Shown here: positions 56,303-63,010 of the stretch, one piece after another | Layout: the number at the start of each line of letters is the position of its first letter | Position numbering within the stretch: position 1 is the first letter of the stretch | Source: Eledone cirrhosa | Lineage: Eukaryota | Assembly (NCBI GenBank): GCA_964016885.1 | Contig: CAXHJY010000629.1 | Coordinates: forward strand, 1-63,010 | Length of the DNA stretch: 63,010 nt | Direction of reading: 5' to 3' | Position numbers and translations under genes: made by a program | Notes under the pieces: generated by a model | Seen by the model: only the letters and a program-made list of their open reading frames with translations | What the model was told of the DNA's origin: nothing | Databases searched by the model: none

Positions 56303-57706
56303 CTACTGTTTATTATTGCCCTTCAGGGTATAACGGTGGAGTTCGGGACCGGCTGCCCATGGGAGCTCCTGTACGCAGATGATCTAACACTCATAGCTGA
56401 GTCAATAGCCGAGCTGGAGGAGGAATTCCAAACATGGAAGCACGGCCTGCAATCAAAGGGCCTTAGAATTAACCTGGCTAAGACTAGGGTTCTAGTTTGT
56501 AGGAAAGAAATAGGTCCCTTCCGGGAAATGACCATGCTCAGTGTGTGGGAGGGGCATGGGTAGAAACTCCATTTTATGTCCCAAGTGCAAGGTATGGGTG
56601 CATAGGAGATGTAGTGGGATCACAGGTAAGCTGACTAAGAACATAGATTTTACATGTGGCTGGTGCTCTGGTGCAATAAGTAGCAGCAAGTGCCCACTAA
56701 ATACTAGCTATTTCAATTGTGCAGAGGGTTCTATAGAAATAGTGGACAGCTTCCGTTGACTGGCTGACAAAATCGGCAGCGGGGGAGGGTGTTCTGAAAG
56801 TACAGTAGCTGGAGTCAGAACTGGATTGAAGAAGTTCGGAGAGCTTATACCACTATTAGCCACTAGGGGGTTCTCCCTAAAATGAAGGGCAGGCTGTCTG
56901 GTGCCTGCATACGAACAGCAGTGTTGCATGGCAGTGAGACCTGGGCATTGTGTGCCGAGGATATACGCAGACTGGAGAGGAACGAAGCTTGCATGCTCTG
57001 TTGGATGTGTAATAGTAATGTGCGTGAGCGGCAAAGCATAAACGAACTGAGGGAAAAATTAGAAATAAGAGGGATCAGATGTTGTTTACTCGAGAGAAGG
57101 CTACGTTGGTATGGTCACGTGATGTGCGTGAGGGACGACAGCTGTATGAGGAGGTGCAGGGCAATAAAGATAGACGGTAGCCACTGAGTGGGCAGACCCA
57201 GAAAAACCTGGGACGACCTGATAAATTCCGACCTCGCACACTTGCACCTCTCCAAGGCAGTGCCACTGGACCGAGATCTTTGGCGGTACTCAGTAATAGA
57301 GAAGACCCGCCTTACCTCAATACAAAGTATAACTACTACAGTCAGTAGGCATGTCTAACAAAATACACCCCCGTCCAACCACCCCCACTCCATCCACACG
57401 GCCCCTTTCAATGTAAAGTTATGTTGGTGCCACAAGATCCAGGCCGAAACAAATGAGATCGTGTAGGTGTCACGACAAAAAAACACACAGTCCACGCTGT
57501 AATGTGGCCGTGTAGGCAACACGGTAAAAACCTCCCAGTCCCACACTGTAAATGTGGTTGGTGTTAGGAAGGGCATCCAGCTGTAGCAAACCGGCCAGAC
57601 AGTCCTATGCGAGCAAGACAACCACTCTTGCCTCAAGGGGGAAAACTCCCATCAAAACCCATGCAAGCGTGGAACATGGAGTTTAAACGATGATGATGAT
57701 GATGAT
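56303..57706 (+). mobile_element. 5'-truncated RTE LINE (RT with an embedded PHD-like finger), probable 3'UTR and (GAT)n tail
   Basis: LLFIIAL...[22 protein letters not shown]...FTCGWC, LHGSETW, RRLRWYGHV; several stops and frameshifts. Confidence 0.88.
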
Positions 57707-57866
57707 ATATGTACACATATATATCTACATATAAATATATACATATACATATACATACATACATATACATACATATACATATATATACATATACATATAC
57801 ATATATATACATATATATACATATATATACATATACATATATATACATATATATACATATACATAT

Positions 57867-58060
57867 ATCATCATCATCATCATCATCAACGTTTAACGTC
57901 CGTGTTCCACGCTTGCATGGGTTTGGACGGGGGTAGTCCCACTTGAGGCAAGAGTGATTGTCTTGCTCGCATAGGACTGTCTGGCAGGTTTTCTACAGTT
58001 GGATGCCCTTCCTAACACCAACCACATTTACAGTGTGGGTCTGGGAGGTTTTTACCGTGT
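57867..58060 (-). mobile_element. Short 3'-end copy of the same RTE, tail-to-tail with 57519-57706
   Basis: Reverse-complement match of about 92% by manual count. Confidence 0.8.
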
Positions 58061-58242
58061 ATACATATATATACATATATATATATATACATATATATAC
58101 ATATACATATATATACATATATATACATATACATATATATACATATATATACATATACATATATATACATATACATATATATACATATATATACATATAC
58201 ATATATATACATATACATATATATACATATATATACATATAC

Positions 58243-58276
<34 letters not shown>

Positions 58277-58442
58277 AGATATATATACATATACATATAT
58301 ATACATATATATACATATACATATATATACATATATATACATATACATATATATACATATATATACATATACATATATATATATACATATACATATATAT
58401 ATATACATATACATATATATAGATATATATACATATACATAT

Positions 58443-58500
<58 letters not shown>

Positions 58501-58550
58501 ATATACATATACATATACATATATATATATACATATACATATACATATAC

Positions 58551-58582
<32 letters not shown>

Positions 58583-58840
58583 ATATACATATACATACAC
58601 ATATATATATATACATATACATACATATACATATATATATATATATACATATACATAAATATATATATATACATATACATATATATATGTACATATACAT
58701 ACATATACATATATATACATATACATATATATATATATACATATACATATATATACATATACATATATATACATATACATATATATATATATACATATAT
58801 ATATATACATATATATATATATACATATACATATATATAC

Positions 58841-58871
<31 letters not shown>

Positions 58872-58880
58872 CATATATAC

Positions 58881-58911
<31 letters not shown>

Positions 58912-58952
58912 CATATATACATATATATATATATACATATACATATATATAC

Positions 58953-58983
<31 letters not shown>

Positions 58984-58992
58984 CATATATAC

Positions 58993-59024
<32 letters not shown>

Positions 59025-59065
59025 ACATATACATATATATACATATACATATATATACATATACA

Positions 59066-59099
<34 letters not shown>

Positions 59100-59422
59100 C
59101 ATATACATATATATACATATATATATATATACATATACATATATATATATATACATATATACATATATACATATATACATATACATATATATACATATAT
59201 ATATATACATATATATACATATACATATATATACATATATATATATATACATATATATACATATACATATATATACATATATATATATATATATACATAT
59301 ATATACATATATATATATATATATACATACATATACATATATATACATATATATACATATATATATATACATATATATACATATATATACATATATATAT
59401 ACATATATATATATATATACAT
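58061..59422. repeat. (TA)n / TACA compound microsatellite
   Basis: Read directly from the sequence. Confidence 0.97.
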
Positions 59423-61093
59423 ACTCTTTTACTCTTTTACCTGTTTCAGCCATCCGGCTGAGGCCATGCTGGGGCACCGCCCTTGTTGCTACACATTTTA
59501 TCTCCAGCCTGTATAGGTTGGCCACTGGTGTAGGAGGGAGTTTGTTGCTGCTGCCCTTAGGTTTCCCTCGTGTCTTGCTGTGGGCTCATCCGGGATCCTG
59601 GATAACAAGGTGTCGAGATGTTTCTTAAAGACATCCACCTCCACGTCATGCAAGTCTCGCAGATGCCTCGGCAGCCTGTTGAAGAGTTGAGGGCCCTTGA
59701 ATCCCAGGCTATTGCAATACCTGCTCCTTATTCTAGATGTGGAAGACGAGACTTTTGGCACCACACAGTGACGTCCTGTTCGACGGTTGGTCCAGCTCCC
59801 AATGCCAAAGTTTGGTGCTAGTCCCTCCAGGATTTTCCACATGTAGATCACTGCGTATCTCTCCCGTCTTCGCTCCAAGGAGTAGAGGTTCAGTTCCTTC
59901 AGCCTCTCCCAGTAGCTTGTCTCCCTCATCTTGGTAATCCTCTTGGTGTAGCTTCGCTGGATTGCCTCAAGCTCTGTGGTTAGTTAGACACTATGGGGTG
60001 ACCACAGCTGGGAGCAGTAGTCCAGGCGGCTTAGGACAAAAGTCCTCCACAGTGTCAACATGGTGTCTCGATCTCTTGTAAGGAAAGTCCTCAAGATCCA
60101 GCCAGCGAATCATGATGTGTGAAGAAAAAGATGCATCATCGCTCATGTCTATGCCCAGGTCTCGTATCGATTTTGACACGGGGATATCGGTCCCTCCTGG
60201 TCCTGTGTAGCTGTGTTCCGCTATATTTGTGTTTGTGTTTGCAGGTTTGTATTGTAGGGCTTGGAATTTGCCAGCATTAAACTGCATGTTGTTTTCTTCC
60301 GCCCATCTGTATATGGCATCCAGATCCTGCTGTAAGAGGACAGCGTCAGCCGGGTTTTTGATTGCCTGTGCTACCTTAGTGTCATCAGCATAGCTAGTGA
60401 GGGATGTTGTTGCATGCACCACAGAGGGCATGTCCGAGAGAGCCACCAAAAGCAGTAGTGGTCCCAGGACTGTCCCCTGAGGCACCCCACTTGTTATCGG
60501 TGTTTCCCTCGAGAGGGCCCCATTTTCTGCGACTGCCTGGCTTCTGTCCCTTAGGAAGCCATGCAGCCACTCACCTACTTTTCCAGTTATGCCGAGTCCG
60601 TGTAGTTTGTGACATATCATTCCGTGGTCGACCTTGTCAAAGGCCTTCGCAAAGTCAAGATATATCACGTCTACATGTGAGCTGTCTAGTAGTTGTCTCA
60701 GTACCCAGTCGTAGTGATGTAGCAGCTGTGTAAGGCAGCTTCTTCCTGGGCGGAAGCCATGTTGCGTGCTAGTCAGGCGGTCATTTTCTTCGATGAAAGT
60801 GATTAGTTTCTTTCTGACGACTCGCTCCATGACCTTACTGATATGCTCTACTACCTCCTTTATGGATAGGGCATATTGTGCCTTCTTTCAGCTCCCTGGG
60901 TAGGACACCGCTAGCCAAGGAGCTTCTGAAGAGCATCTTCAGTGGAGTTGCTAAGGCCCGCTTACATATTTTTAGGAGAACTGCTGGGAATCCTTCAGGT
61001 CCAGCAGCCGAGTCTGTTCTAATTTCATCAATGGCGTACACCACATCCTCCTCCGTTATGTCTATGTGGTTGATGGTTGCCATTTCTTGATGT
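59423..61093 (-). mobile_element. 5'-truncated CR1-like LINE (RT and 3'UTR) with small internal deletions
   Basis: QHGFRPGRSCLTQL, YLDFAKAFDKVDH, SGVPQGTVLGP, YADDTK, LYSLERRRER; tail (gtaaaaga)n. Confidence 0.92.

Positions 61094-63010
<1,917 letters not shown>

Overview
AT-rich animal genomic DNA dominated by repeats. It is most likely from an octopus or other coleoid cephalopod, which I infer from the SINE types and the very long compound (TA)n/(TACA)n arrays. I could not identify any host protein-coding exon, and nearly all long ORFs in the track are microsatellite artefacts (YI/CV runs). Recognisable content: a near full-length R4/Dong-clade RLE retrotransposon (25.9-30.2 kb, minus strand); fragments of CR1-like, RTE and Penelope retroelements; a mariner relic; TTAA-flanked MITEs; many tRNA-derived SINEs; and one initiator tRNA-Met gene that is 1 nt short. 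The most notable signal is a cluster of 8 type I hammerhead ribozyme (HHR) motifs from four unrelated sequence families within 4.4-17.8 kb. All have a palindromic (dimer-type) stem III and lie in short non-coding units within or next to TA microsatellites. The best case is an apparently identical 310-bp tandem array with an inverted copy (9317-10658). Self-cleavage of its transcript would release exact 310-nt structured monomers, so it is a candidate retrozyme / circular-RNA system probably mobilised by Penelope-like elements. Several long inverted-repeat pairs around microsatellites could form dsRNA. All structures were read by eye; no folding or database search was run.
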